DNA from: Gammaproteobacteria bacterium
GTDB lineage: Bacteria; Pseudomonadota; Gammaproteobacteria; Eutrophobiales; Eutrophobiaceae
DNA length: 64,000 nucleotides
Direction: 5' to 3'
NCBI GenBank assembly: GCA_041984885.1
Contig: JBHIXH010000001.1
Location: forward strand, 50,365 to 114,364
The notes under the pieces: model-generated
Told to the model about the DNA's origin: nothing
Databases searched by the model: none
The model's input: only the letters and a program-made list of their open reading frames with translations
In this document: in pieces, positions 50,924 to 60,248 of the stretch
Numbering within the stretch: position 1 is the first letter of the stretch
Layout: every line of letters begins with the position of its first letter
Program-made: the position numbers and the translations under genes

Positions 50924-51127
50924 TCAGGGGTTGAGTATGCTTAAAGCAACGGCATCCAAATCGTTTAACTTCTGCATCTTGAAGGCGGCTTTTGATGCAC
51001 CGCAGTAAGGACAGACCCAGTCCTTGGGGACATCCTCCCAGTGCGTGCCGGCCGGGATACCTTCATCGGGAATCCCCTTGTCCTCGTCGTAGATAAAATC
51101 ACACAATTCACAAACCCATATACTCAT
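50924..51127 (-). CDS. Rubredoxin
   Basis: The two CxxC knuckles (WVCELCDFIYDE...WVCPYCGA) are spaced exactly as in rubredoxins. Start set at the Met at 51127. Confidence 0.8.
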   Translation of the reverse strand: MSIWVCELCDFIYDEDKGIPDEGIPAGTHWEDVPKDWVCPYCGASKAAFKMQKLNDLDAVALSILNP

Positions 51128-51189
51128 CGACGTTCTCCTCGCTGTGTTTAACCCAAGCAAGGCTTTGTAGCCCGTGATCCAGTCTGATT

Positions 51190-51211
51190 ATTTGCTTTAT
51201 ATTAAGCAAAT
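51190..51211. promoter_or_regulatory. Palindromic LTTR-box-like site in the divergent rubredoxin-cysJI / lysR promoter region
   Basis: ATTTGCTT-TATATT-AAGCAAAT is a perfect 8-bp inverted repeat. It lies between the rubredoxin start and the LysR gene start. Confidence 0.35.
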
Positions 51212-51259
51212 AAATAATATTTATACTTAAGTTCAATTATTTCTATATTAAAAACGATC

Positions 51260-52120
51260 ATGGATATAGAAGTTGCTCGTACCTTTCTTGTGATCTCGTC
51301 GGCAGGTAGCTTCGTTCGTGCCGCCGAGCAATTACACCTGACCCAGACCGCGGTCACGGCCAGGATCAAGTCACTGGAAGAACAACTGGGTCGGACCCTG
51401 TTCGTGCGTAACAAGGCCGGGGCTAAATTGACACCTGCAGGGCAGGAGTTCATCAAATATGCAACTTCACTGGTCCAGATTTGGGAACGAGCGAGGCAAC
51501 AGGTCGCCGTTCCGCCCGGGCGACGCGCTATCGTTTCAGTCGGCGGTGAACTGAGCCTATGGAACCCGTTGTTGCTGAACTGGTTGGTGTACATCAGAAA
51601 GCAATCGCCAGATATCGCGATACGGGCACATGTTGATATACCGGAACGATTACTGGATAAAGTGCAGACCGGCATACTGGATGTGGCTGTGATTTATGAA
51701 CCGCAAAAACGTCCAGGTTTAAAAACCCGGTTGTTAATGGAAGAAAAACTGATTGCGGTCAGTACGGAACCGGGCACTACGGAGGTAGGTAATGCGGGTT
51801 ATGTATATATAGATTGGGGACAACAGTTCTCGACACACCACAACCATGCATTCCCACACCTCAGGGACACGGATATGCACGTTGGGCTCGGACCGTTGGC
51901 GTTAAGGTATATCCTGGCCATGGGCGGTAGCGGCTATTTCAGAGTACGGGCTGCAAAACCATACATGCAAAGAGGACGCCTGTTTCGTGTGGAGGGTGCA
52001 CCGGAGTACACATACTCGGCATACATGGTGATCTCTGATCATGCAGATGCAGAGGTAGTAAACATTGTTTACAACTCCTTAAGGACCGCTTCTTCTATTG
52101 AATATGAAGATTGGGTTTAG
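51260..52120 (+). CDS. LysR-family transcriptional regulator
   Basis: N-terminal HTH (FVRAAEQLHLTQTAVTARIKSLEEQLG) plus a LysR substrate-binding domain. Divergent from the rubredoxin-cysJI operon. Confidence 0.85.
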   Translation: MDIEVARTFLVISSAGSFVRAAEQLHLTQTAVTARIKSLEEQLGRTLFVRNKAGAKLTPAGQEFIKYATSLVQIWERARQQVAVPPGRRAIVSVGGELSLWNPLLLNWLVYIRKQSPDIAIRAHVDIPERLLDKVQTGILDVAVIYEPQKRPGLKTRLLMEEKLIAVSTEPGTTEVGNAGYVYIDWGQQFSTHHNHAFPHLRDTDMHVGLGPLALRYILAMGGSGYFRVRAAKPYMQRGRLFRVEGAPEYTYSAYMVISDHADAEVVNIVYNSLRTASSIEYEDWV

Positions 52121-52251
52121 AAATGAATTTTTTATTCTGTTGCTGAAATTTCATACACATATAGATACGAATCAAAGTGACTATTTTAAAATCAAGAAAA
52201 TTCGAACTGAAGCTGGGCCCGAAGGGGTGGAGTACCTGGATGTATGGAATC

Positions 52252-52273
52252 ATCCTCTACCCCCAGCCAATTT
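52252..52273 (+). repeat. Third, short att-like copy of the tRNA-Gln 3' end
   Basis: ATCCTCTACCCCCAGCCA+ATTT is 18 nt identical to the tRNA 3' end. The ~196 bp flank that follows is the same as after att copy 2. Confidence 0.6.
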
Positions 52274-53627
52274 AAACGGTTTCTCTCAGCTTCACCGCTT
52301 TAACCCTGCCTTTCATTTTCTTCTGGGGTAATGATGCCGCGGTTGAAGTTTTATGATCACAGGCAACCTGATCCATTTCACCACTTAGCGGATTCCAGAA
52401 TTTGATTTCACGCTCCTGCTTGATCGTGACCGGCTGAAGTATGTACTCATCTCGCCGGGCATTGTATTCACACATGGAAACCGGGCCGGACGGTGTCATG
52501 TTCTTAAAGACGCAGGCATCCAGACGTTCCTGATCCAGGTTGCAGGCGTCCATAAAATTATGCACAAAAAAAGACAGGCTGCTTGCCTTGCCTCTGGCGC
52601 GGTATAAATCTGCGCGCATTTGTAGCAGTTTTGATACTGACCACTTGATAAATTCCAGCGCCTGCAGCGGGTGTCGAATCAGCCAGGCAGATAACTGCAG
52701 CGCCGTGGTGAAGGCGCGGTTTCGATCCGCAACAATATTGCGTGTCTCTGCCTGCATACGACCGGTGAAGTCGGCATCGTCAAACAGGTTATAACATCGA
52801 TCATTGGTCACGACTGTCATGCCATAACGGTTGCACTGCGGATGACCGGTGCGTATCGCACGAAAATTGATCTCGGTACCGGCGACCTGTTCTATTTTCT
52901 GCCAGACGGTATCTGTACTGATGATCGTATCGCGCTGACGCTGTACTCCGCGACCGGTGTCTGCCTGCAATTGAAACGACGCCGTACGTATGTTCTGTGC
53001 ATGTTCGATAAAAAATCGTACCAGCTGTGGAATCTCGTGGAAGTTTTCGCGACAGACCGTCGTATTAAACACGACGGACAGGCCAAGTCCCCGCGTGCGA
53101 TTAATGTATTCACTACGAATCCGGTTCAACGCCTGCTCGCTGTTATAACCTTTACGTTCCTGCGTCAGGTCGACATGAAATGCGACGTCATTCAGCCCGG
53201 CCCTGGCAAGACGTTGTAACAGGGGTCGGGTCGCGCGAATGCCGTTCGTCATTAATGTTGAACGCATGTTGTTGCGTCTGATGTAGTCAATGATCTCGAC
53301 CAGCTCATCCTGATCTCGTAATGTCGGATCACCGCCGGTCACCTGGATATCCGTGTAGTCCCCGTAATATTGATGGATGCGGTCGATGCGTTTGAATATC
53401 TCCTGCAGCGGAATGTCATGCACCGCCTCGGAATGATCGGACAAGTAACACAGGGTGCAATCAAGGTTGCAGCGCTGCGTTATTTCCAGTGCCACGCAAC
53501 CGACGGACCAGCGTAATCCCATCTGCTGATTAGGTGAACAAAGCCCTTGTTGTTGCATCACCTGTCGGGCTTTTTTAAGGCTGAGTTCAGGGTTCATGGT
53601 CCCGGCTACGACTGACATTCTGTTCAT
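52272..53627 (-). CDS. Radical SAM protein with C-terminal Cys-rich (SPASM/twitch-like) domain
   Basis: CNLDCTLCY (CxxxCxxC) motif, GGDPTL (GGEP-like) motif, and 6-7 additional Cys in the C-terminal third. Overlaps the DUF547 gene by 4 nt. Confidence 0.8.
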   Translation of the reverse strand: MNRMSVVAGTMNPELSLKKARQVMQQQGLCSPNQQMGLRWSVGCVALEITQRCNLDCTLCYLSDHSEAVHDIPLQEIFKRIDRIHQYYGDYTDIQVTGGDPTLRDQDELVEIIDYIRRNNMRSTLMTNGIRATRPLLQRLARAGLNDVAFHVDLTQERKGYNSEQALNRIRSEYINRTRGLGLSVVFNTTVCRENFHEIPQLVRFFIEHAQNIRTASFQLQADTGRGVQRQRDTIISTDTVWQKIEQVAGTEINFRAIRTGHPQCNRYGMTVVTNDRCYNLFDDADFTGRMQAETRNIVADRNRAFTTALQLSAWLIRHPLQALEFIKWSVSKLLQMRADLYRARGKASSLSFFVHNFMDACNLDQERLDACVFKNMTPSGPVSMCEYNARRDEYILQPVTIKQEREIKFWNPLSGEMDQVACDHKTSTAASLPQKKMKGRVKAVKLRETV

Positions 53628-54427
53628 TCCCGGGTTCTGATGTCGTTCAGTGCCCAGTCATAATCAAGGAACCGCACTCTCACCCGGGTGAAGCTCCCCT
53701 GCTTGCTGGACTTCAGTTGTTTTTGTAATTCGGCATTATCGGTTATGTAGGGTGCGACCCAGGCTTCAACGGAACCGGCGGCGGTATCAAAGTCCTTTCG
53801 ATACCAGTTAAAAATGGACGATAACTCAAGTTGCTGCTTTTTCCTGTCAAAACGATTACGTTCAGGATCAGTGAGAAACAACCTGGTAGCATGTTCCAGT
53901 TGATCATTTAATGTGTCAGCGACGTAGGCCTGTTTTATCAGTGGCGGACAACCACGTGAGGCACAGTTCACGGCAAAATGAATTCTTGGCTCATTGAAGT
54001 TGTCACGTATCAGATCATGTTCAACATAATCCAGGTTCGCTGGCTCGCCAAACAGCGTGAAAAATTTCCTGTCCCACGGTGAGGAGAAGATCAGTCCGCC
54101 CAGATCCCGAATGGAATCGATTTCCGGATAGTTATCGATGATTAATTTTAATGTCAGTGCGTTATACGTATTAATCAAAAATGCCAGCCGCTGGTTATCA
54201 TTCCATTGATTGAACTCAGCCTCACTCACCGCTTCGATCTGTTTAATGTAAGCGAGCAACTGATTCGGGTTCGCTGCCAGCGTTGAATAATCAACCGAGG
54301 TTTGATGGCCATGTTCAACAACAACACGCTGCAATAGCTGATTGAACTCCGCGTGGGAATGGTCGAATGCGAATACAGACTGGATGCCAAAACCAATAAC
54401 AAGCAGGCACCTGCACAGATAAGACAA
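53624..54427 (-). CDS. DUF547 domain protein with signal peptide
   Basis: 267 aa with a hydrophobic N-terminus. Central region contains a CASRGCP motif. Co-transcribed with the radical SAM gene. Confidence 0.6.
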   Translation of the reverse strand: MSYLCRCLLVIGFGIQSVFAFDHSHAEFNQLLQRVVVEHGHQTSVDYSTLAANPNQLLAYIKQIEAVSEAEFNQWNDNQRLAFLINTYNALTLKLIIDNYPEIDSIRDLGGLIFSSPWDRKFFTLFGEPANLDYVEHDLIRDNFNEPRIHFAVNCASRGCPPLIKQAYVADTLNDQLEHATRLFLTDPERNRFDRKKQQLELSSIFNWYRKDFDTAAGSVEAWVAPYITDNAELQKQLKSSKQGSFTRVRVRFLDYDWALNDIRTRE

Positions 54428-54655
54428 GGAATCTCTCCCCCCTCGTGACTGATGAGCATTATGACCAGTGCCTGCCTGCCCGGTTCAGTACGAAGCCATT
54501 TCTGTTGCAAGACAACCCGCCGGAGAATTGCTGCAAAACATCGCAGGCTTGGCTAGGATATAGTTGAAAGAATGAGAATAATGGCTAAAGTCCCTGCCCG
54601 ATATTCCGTTATATAACTGATTACAAAAAATAATTTTTCAACCAAGGAAACGAAA

Positions 54656-56296
54656 ATGAAAGCGAGTGACCTGTTTGTGCAGTGCCTGGAAAACGAGGGT
54701 GTCAAATACGTGCTCGGCGTGCCAGGCGAGGAAAACCTCGACATGCTGGAGTCGATTCGCAACTCGAACCTGGAACTGGTATTGACCCGGCATGAACAAT
54801 CCGCCGGCTTCATGGCAGCAACGATCGGACGCTTGACCGGTTCTCCGGGTGTCTGCATGTCAACGCTCGGACCCGGCGCTACCAATTTCGTCACCGCTGC
54901 CGCCTACGCCCAACTTGGCGCGATGCCGATGTGCATGATCACCGGACAAAAGCCGGTGCACTCGAGCAAACAGGGACATTTTCAGATCATTGATACGGTC
55001 GACATGATGCGACCCATTACCAAATACACCAAGCAACTCGGCCACGGTAACCGCATACCTTTTGTGATTCGCGAAGCGTTCAAGATTTCCGAGGAGGAAC
55101 GACCCGGCGCCGTGCATATTGAATTACCCGAGGACGTGGCCAGCGAGGATACACATACCGATCCGATTCCGATATTCAAGGTACGGCGACCGGATGCAAA
55201 TGACAAGGCAGTACGTATCGCAGTAGATATGATCCAACAGGCGAAATCGCCATTGATACTGATCGGTGCCGGCGCGAATCGTAAACGTGTATCTAAAATG
55301 CTTTGTCAGCTCATTGATAAAACCGGCATCCCTTTCTTCCTGACGCAAATGGGCAAAGGCGTGATTGCCGAAGACCATGACCTGTGCCTTGGCACGGCTG
55401 CATTATCTGACAAGGATTATTTGCACTGTGCGGTTGAGCGCGCTGACCTGATTATCAATGTGGGTCATGACGTGATTGAAAAACCACCGTTCTTTATGGA
55501 GCAAGATGGTGCCAGGGTCATTCATGTGAATTACGTCGATGCGAGTGTTGACGAAGTCTATTTTCCACAACACGAAGTCATCGGTGATATCGCCAACGCA
55601 CTCTGGCAGATTTCGGAATCGATTGAAAAACAGGGTCACTGGGACTTTGACTACTTCCTGCGCGTCAAGCAGTTTGTTGATAAAAAAATCGCAGAAAAGA
55701 ACGATGACGACCGCTTTCCGATTATTCCGCAGCGACTGGTTGCCGATGTTCGTTCAGTCATGGGCCGCGAAGATATTATTGCTCTCGATAATGGTATTTA
55801 TAAAGTCTGGTTCGCACGCAACTATCGCGCGCTCGCGCCAAATACAGTATTGCTCGACAACGCCCTGGCGACAATGGGTGCCGGGCTGCCTTCCGCCATG
55901 GCGGCAAAAATGATTTTTCCTGACAGGAAGGTGCTGGCTATCTGTGGCGATGGCGGGTTCATGATGAACAGTCAGGAACTGGAAACGGCCGTGCGCATGC
56001 AACAGGATCTGGTAGTGTTGATTCTTAATGACAGTTCGTACGGTATGATCCGCTGGAAACAACAGGGCATGGGGTTCGCGGATTTTGGTCTGGAATACAA
56101 TAACCCTGACTTTATCAAGTACGTTGAAAGCTATGGCGGTCATGGACATCGAATCGAATCGACCAATCAGCTATTGACGACGCTGGAAAAGACCCTGAAC
56201 TCACCGGGCGTACACCTGATCGATTGTCCGGTTGATTATTCAGAAAATACAAAAGTCCTGACGGAAGAACTTGAATCAAAGAAAGTCATTGAATAA
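54656..56296 (+). CDS. Thiamine-pyrophosphate enzyme, acetolactate synthase large-subunit-like
   Basis: N-terminal TPP-Pyr domain. The TPP-binding motif GDGGF...N is near the C-terminus (ICGDGGFMMNSQELETAV). Confidence 0.8.
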   Translation: MKASDLFVQCLENEGVKYVLGVPGEENLDMLESIRNSNLELVLTRHEQSAGFMAATIGRLTGSPGVCMSTLGPGATNFVTAAAYAQLGAMPMCMITGQKPVHSSKQGHFQIIDTVDMMRPITKYTKQLGHGNRIPFVIREAFKISEEERPGAVHIELPEDVASEDTHTDPIPIFKVRRPDANDKAVRIAVDMIQQAKSPLILIGAGANRKRVSKMLCQLIDKTGIPFFLTQMGKGVIAEDHDLCLGTAALSDKDYLHCAVERADLIINVGHDVIEKPPFFMEQDGARVIHVNYVDASVDEVYFPQHEVIGDIANALWQISESIEKQGHWDFDYFLRVKQFVDKKIAEKNDDDRFPIIPQRLVADVRSVMGREDIIALDNGIYKVWFARNYRALAPNTVLLDNALATMGAGLPSAMAAKMIFPDRKVLAICGDGGFMMNSQELETAVRMQQDLVVLILNDSSYGMIRWKQQGMGFADFGLEYNNPDFIKYVESYGGHGHRIESTNQLLTTLEKTLNSPGVHLIDCPVDYSENTKVLTEELESKKVIE

Positions 56297-56371
56297 AGAC
56301 AGGCCTTGAGTCCGGCTATGTCAGGGTTTTAATTCAGGGGCCGCTGATTCGGATTGTGCTAAGGTAGACCT

Positions 56372-58006
56372 GTGCAATTTGAATTTGAATCAATACTGAT
56401 CCTTTTATCCCTGTCGGTGATCACGATATTGATCATCAACAGGTTAAACCTGTCACCACTTATCGGTTATTTAATCGTCGGTGTCCTGATCAGCGAACAC
56501 ACGACCGGTATTCTCAGTCACAATCATACGATCGGTTATCTTGCTGAGTTTGGCGTTGTGTTTTTGCTGTTCAGCATTGGTGTCGATTTTTCTCTGGAAA
56601 AATTCAACAAGATGCGTCATGCCGTACTGCGACTGGGTAGTGCGCAGGTACTGATTGGTACACTGTCCGGATTCATCATCGCGTCATGGCTTGGGCTCGG
56701 TTGGCAGGCATCGTTGATCCTGGGTGGTGCACTGGCACTGTCATCGACCGCCCTTGTTATGAAGCAACTGGTCGACCAGCTTGAACTACAAACCGAGCAT
56801 GGTCTGACCGCGTTCGGAATCCTGCTGTTCCAGGACCTGGCGGCAATACCGTTTCTGGTGTTGATCCCGATACTGGCCGAAGCGCAAGCGGATCAAATCT
56901 GGCTCGCCTTGTCACTGGCACTGGTAAAAGGTGCAGTCGTCATCGGTATCATCATTGCGCTGGGGATCTATGTCATTCCCAGGTTATTTCACCTGGTCTC
57001 GTTCTCGACCGAGTTGTTTACGTTAACGGTCCTGTTGGTCTCGTTAACCGCTGCCTGGCTGACGCATGAGTTCGGCATGTCACTGGCGCTGGGCGCATTC
57101 CTGGCCGGATTTATGGTCAGTGAGTCCCGCTATCGCTACCAGATTGAAAATGAAATCCGTCCGTTTCGCGATATTTTACTCGGCCTGTTTTTTATAACTG
57201 TGGGGATGCAACTGGATGTGTACGCAATAATTGATAACTGGTTCTGGGTGATATTTCTCGTCTGTGGATTGATGATAGGTAAGGGCATGGCGATCTATGT
57301 CGTTATGCGACTCAATAACTACTCAAAAATTGTCTCCAGTCGCACCGGCATGATACTTGGACAGGGTGGTGAATTCAGTATTGCGCTGTTGACGCTGGCT
57401 GTGCTGTCCGGGTTGATCAGTATTAGCGATATGCAACCGGTGCTGGCCGCGGTCATCCTGTCAATGTTGTTATCCCCGCTATTGATACGCAATAACCAGA
57501 TGATCTCGGCACGACTGTTCAGACAGGATGCGAATGATCAATTATCCAACCCTGAATTGTTGAAACAGATGTGTACGACAAACCGGAAACAGCGGGTGTT
57601 GATTTGTGGTTATGGCAGCGTCGGCGAAAAAGTCGCGCACAAACTGGAAGAGCAGAATATTGAATACGTCGCACTGGAAACCAACGCTGACATTGTTCGC
57701 ACGAACTGGGAACGCGAGGCACCCGTGTACCTGGGCGATGCAACGAACCGCAAGGTGCTTGAATCTGCGGGTATCCTTGAGGCTTCGGCAGTAATTGTCT
57801 GTGTCGACCGTTATCATGCACGTTTTGAAATACTCAGGCAGATACGCAGCATCTCGGCTGAAATTCCGATTATTATGAATACGCACGATAACAGCCATCA
57901 TGAGAGCCTGCTCGATAGTGGCGCAACCGTCGTTTACGCAGAGGCACAACTGAGTGCGGACAGCATTGTGCAAACTTTATTATCTATACGCGCAGAGACA
58001 AGATAA
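56372..58006 (+). CDS. CPA2-family monovalent cation:proton antiporter with C-terminal RCK/TrkA-N domain (Kef-type)
   Basis: ~12 TM helices. A Rossmann-like GYGSVG motif lies in the C-terminal KTN domain. Confidence 0.8.
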   Translation: MQFEFESILILLSLSVITILIINRLNLSPLIGYLIVGVLISEHTTGILSHNHTIGYLAEFGVVFLLFSIGVDFSLEKFNKMRHAVLRLGSAQVLIGTLSGFIIASWLGLGWQASLILGGALALSSTALVMKQLVDQLELQTEHGLTAFGILLFQDLAAIPFLVLIPILAEAQADQIWLALSLALVKGAVVIGIIIALGIYVIPRLFHLVSFSTELFTLTVLLVSLTAAWLTHEFGMSLALGAFLAGFMVSESRYRYQIENEIRPFRDILLGLFFITVGMQLDVYAIIDNWFWVIFLVCGLMIGKGMAIYVVMRLNNYSKIVSSRTGMILGQGGEFSIALLTLAVLSGLISISDMQPVLAAVILSMLLSPLLIRNNQMISARLFRQDANDQLSNPELLKQMCTTNRKQRVLICGYGSVGEKVAHKLEEQNIEYVALETNADIVRTNWEREAPVYLGDATNRKVLESAGILEASAVIVCVDRYHARFEILRQIRSISAEIPIIMNTHDNSHHESLLDSGATVVYAEAQLSADSIVQTLLSIRAETR

Positions 58007-58085
58007 TGGCATGCTTCTGCTGGATTTCCGTTTTCCGGGTGATCACCTATACTTTGACTCATAGTTTTTATTATTACTGATTGTT

Positions 58086-58352
58086 ATGGCAGGTGGTTGG
58101 TCAAAAGACGGGGCCGTACAGGACCAGATAGATGCGAGTATTGATGACGCCGTCAAGCTGGCTCGCAGTCGCATTACGCATGGTGAAAGCGAAACGCATT
58201 GTATCGAGTGTGGTGAGGCGATCCCCGAAGCACGCCGCCAGGCGATCGCCGGTGTGCGGCTATGTGTCGATTGTCAGTCCGAGCAGGACGCCCACCAGGA
58301 AGCGCATGCCCTGTTTAACCGACGTGGCAGTAAAGACAGCCAGTTAAGATAA
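58086..58352 (+). CDS. TraR/DksA-family C4 zinc-finger protein
   Basis: CIECGEAIPEARRQAIAGVRLCVDC carries the CxxC-N17-CxxC zinc finger typical of this family. Confidence 0.7.
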   Translation: MAGGWSKDGAVQDQIDASIDDAVKLARSRITHGESETHCIECGEAIPEARRQAIAGVRLCVDCQSEQDAHQEAHALFNRRGSKDSQLR

Positions 58353-60248
58353 TACGGCGTGCCTGACTGTCCCGGGCAACCCAGTCTGTGCCTGCAGGCT
58401 GGCCAGAAACTGTTCCGCCCGCTCCTTGCCCATGTATTTATTCAGTATCTGTCGTTCTGTCTCGCGTAAATCGACCAGTATCAATCCATCGACCACATTA
58501 TTAAAATCCGGATCAATATTGAAACCGACAAACTTGCCACCCAGTTTTAAATACTGTTTCACGAGGACCGGTATCCCTTTTTTATCGTTCTCCAGTTCAG
58601 ATACGATATCCGAGACCAGGCTGAGATCATCGATCGCACTCATTTCCTGTTTAATCCAGGCATCCTTGCGTTTGCTGCGGTACGGCCGTCGGGGCTTCAC
58701 CAATGCAGACAGGGTATTCTCAAAGTTATTCAGGGTCAGGCAATCGACAATCAAATGCCGGGACAGGATTTCATAGTCCTTGCTGATACTGACCGGTCCA
58801 AATAACACCGGACATTTTCCATGACGGACAACAAAAATGCCTATACCTTTCCAGAGCAGGTTTAAAGCGCTGAAACTTTTCTGGTATTCAGCCCGGACAA
58901 ACGAACGTCCTACTTCTATCGCGCAAGACAGTAACGGTAAAATTTTCTTTTTATATTTAAATAACGAATACGTATACAACCCCTTACGACCAAAGCGCGG
59001 CAGAATATCCTGCACGACACCGAGTCGATAGGCGCCGACAATTTCCTGCTTTTCCCGGTGCCATAAAAATAAATGATGGTAGTAGGAATCATATAAATCG
59101 ATATCGGTTGACTTGCCGGTGCCTTCACCGACCTGACGAAAAGTAATTTCTCGCAACCGGCCGATTTCCTGCAATAGCAATGGTGACTGATCGGCAGTTG
59201 TAGAAAAAATTTGAAACTCGCCCGATTCAGTCAGGCAACTGGATTCGGGTAACGCGGCCACCTCGGCCTGCAACGCTGTTTTCGCTATCGCCGTCTGTAC
59301 CGGCTGCGAATGCTGTTGTGATTTTCTGATTAATTCAGGCAAGACCGGTCTGGTATCACCCGAAGATATATTTCGCAGGAGGTAGGTTCTGAAGCGTAGA
59401 TAACGCACCACTTTCTCCGCCGTGTCCAGACGTTTTAAAGTCGTCCACTGGATATTCTGTCCAAGGCGTAACTGGATCGTACTGTCCTGTTTCCTGATTA
59501 ACTCCCACGGTAGCAGGCAGGTGCGTAGCAACGGATGTACCATGCCGGCATTTTGAAACGTCAAACTGTTGCGACCATGAAAATAGACCGGTAACACGGA
59601 CGCCTGTGACATCTGCACCAGTTTGCCTATGGTTTTGCTCCAGACCGGATCCGTAACGCGTTGTTGTTGCATCGACCAGGAAGAGACTTCGCCGGCAGGA
59701 AATGTGACGATCACTCCACCCTGTTGTAACCAGCGTACGCTGTCACGCAGTGGACGCAGATTTTTTTCAGTGGATGCGCTGGTACCGAAAGGATCGACAG
59801 AAATCAGGATTTTTCTTAGCCCCGGCAAACGTCCCAGAAAATAATTACCCAGTACCCGCACATCATCACGCTGGCTACAGATAATTAACGTCAGAATGAT
59901 GCCATCGATCGCACCAAACGGATGATTCGCGACCACGACAAGTGGTCCCGACTTTGGAATCTGTTCGAGTGCATTAATATTTAACGAATAGCGAACCTGC
60001 AGGCAATCGAGAATGTGTTCAAGAAAATCCGTCACCTTGTTCGACTTGGGTAACTGGCGATATTTTCCTGCCAGGTAATCAAGCCCGGTCAGCACTTCCA
60101 GGCAACGCTCAAGAATGCCACTCACCGGTTTCAATCGGGTGTTGGCAAAAGCACCGCTCAAGCTGAATGGTTGTTCTTCAATTTCGTGCGTATTGTCCAT
60201 CAACGGATGTTTCAGTCTGATTTCGAGAAATTCTGGCCAGGTTGCCAA
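58344..60248 (-). CDS. Bifunctional acyltransferase (PlsC-like O-acyltransferase N-domain + OlsB/GNAT-like N-acyltransferase C-domain; OlsF-like)
   Basis: The N-domain has the HxxxxD motif (NHPFGAIDG) and FPAGEVS. The C-domain has an OlsB-like DxYDxxxxHL motif (DIDLYDSYYHHLFLW). Confidence 0.55.
   Translation of the reverse strand: MATWPEFLEIRLKHPLMDNTHEIEEQPFSLSGAFANTRLKPVSGILERCLEVLTGLDYLAGKYRQLPKSNKVTDFLEHILDCLQVRYSLNINALEQIPKSGPLVVVANHPFGAIDGIILTLIICSQRDDVRVLGNYFLGRLPGLRKILISVDPFGTSASTEKNLRPLRDSVRWLQQGGVIVTFPAGEVSSWSMQQQRVTDPVWSKTIGKLVQMSQASVLPVYFHGRNSLTFQNAGMVHPLLRTCLLPWELIRKQDSTIQLRLGQNIQWTTLKRLDTAEKVVRYLRFRTYLLRNISSGDTRPVLPELIRKSQQHSQPVQTAIAKTALQAEVAALPESSCLTESGEFQIFSTTADQSPLLLQEIGRLREITFRQVGEGTGKSTDIDLYDSYYHHLFLWHREKQEIVGAYRLGVVQDILPRFGRKGLYTYSLFKYKKKILPLLSCAIEVGRSFVRAEYQKSFSALNLLWKGIGIFVVRHGKCPVLFGPVSISKDYEILSRHLIVDCLTLNNFENTLSALVKPRRPYRSKRKDAWIKQEMSAIDDLSLVSDIVSELENDKKGIPVLVKQYLKLGGKFVGFNIDPDFNNVVDGLILVDLRETERQILNKYMGKERAEQFLASLQAQTGLPGTVRHAVLS

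Noticed and set aside
52180-52270. Possible degenerate tRNA remnant upstream of att copy 3 (TTCGAA… fragments)
   Set aside because: No foldable cloverleaf could be built. Only the terminal 18 nt match tRNA-Gln.
52098-52331. 77-aa ORF spanning att copy 3
   Set aside because: Crosses the att repeat and the radical SAM stop region. It is most likely non-coding.
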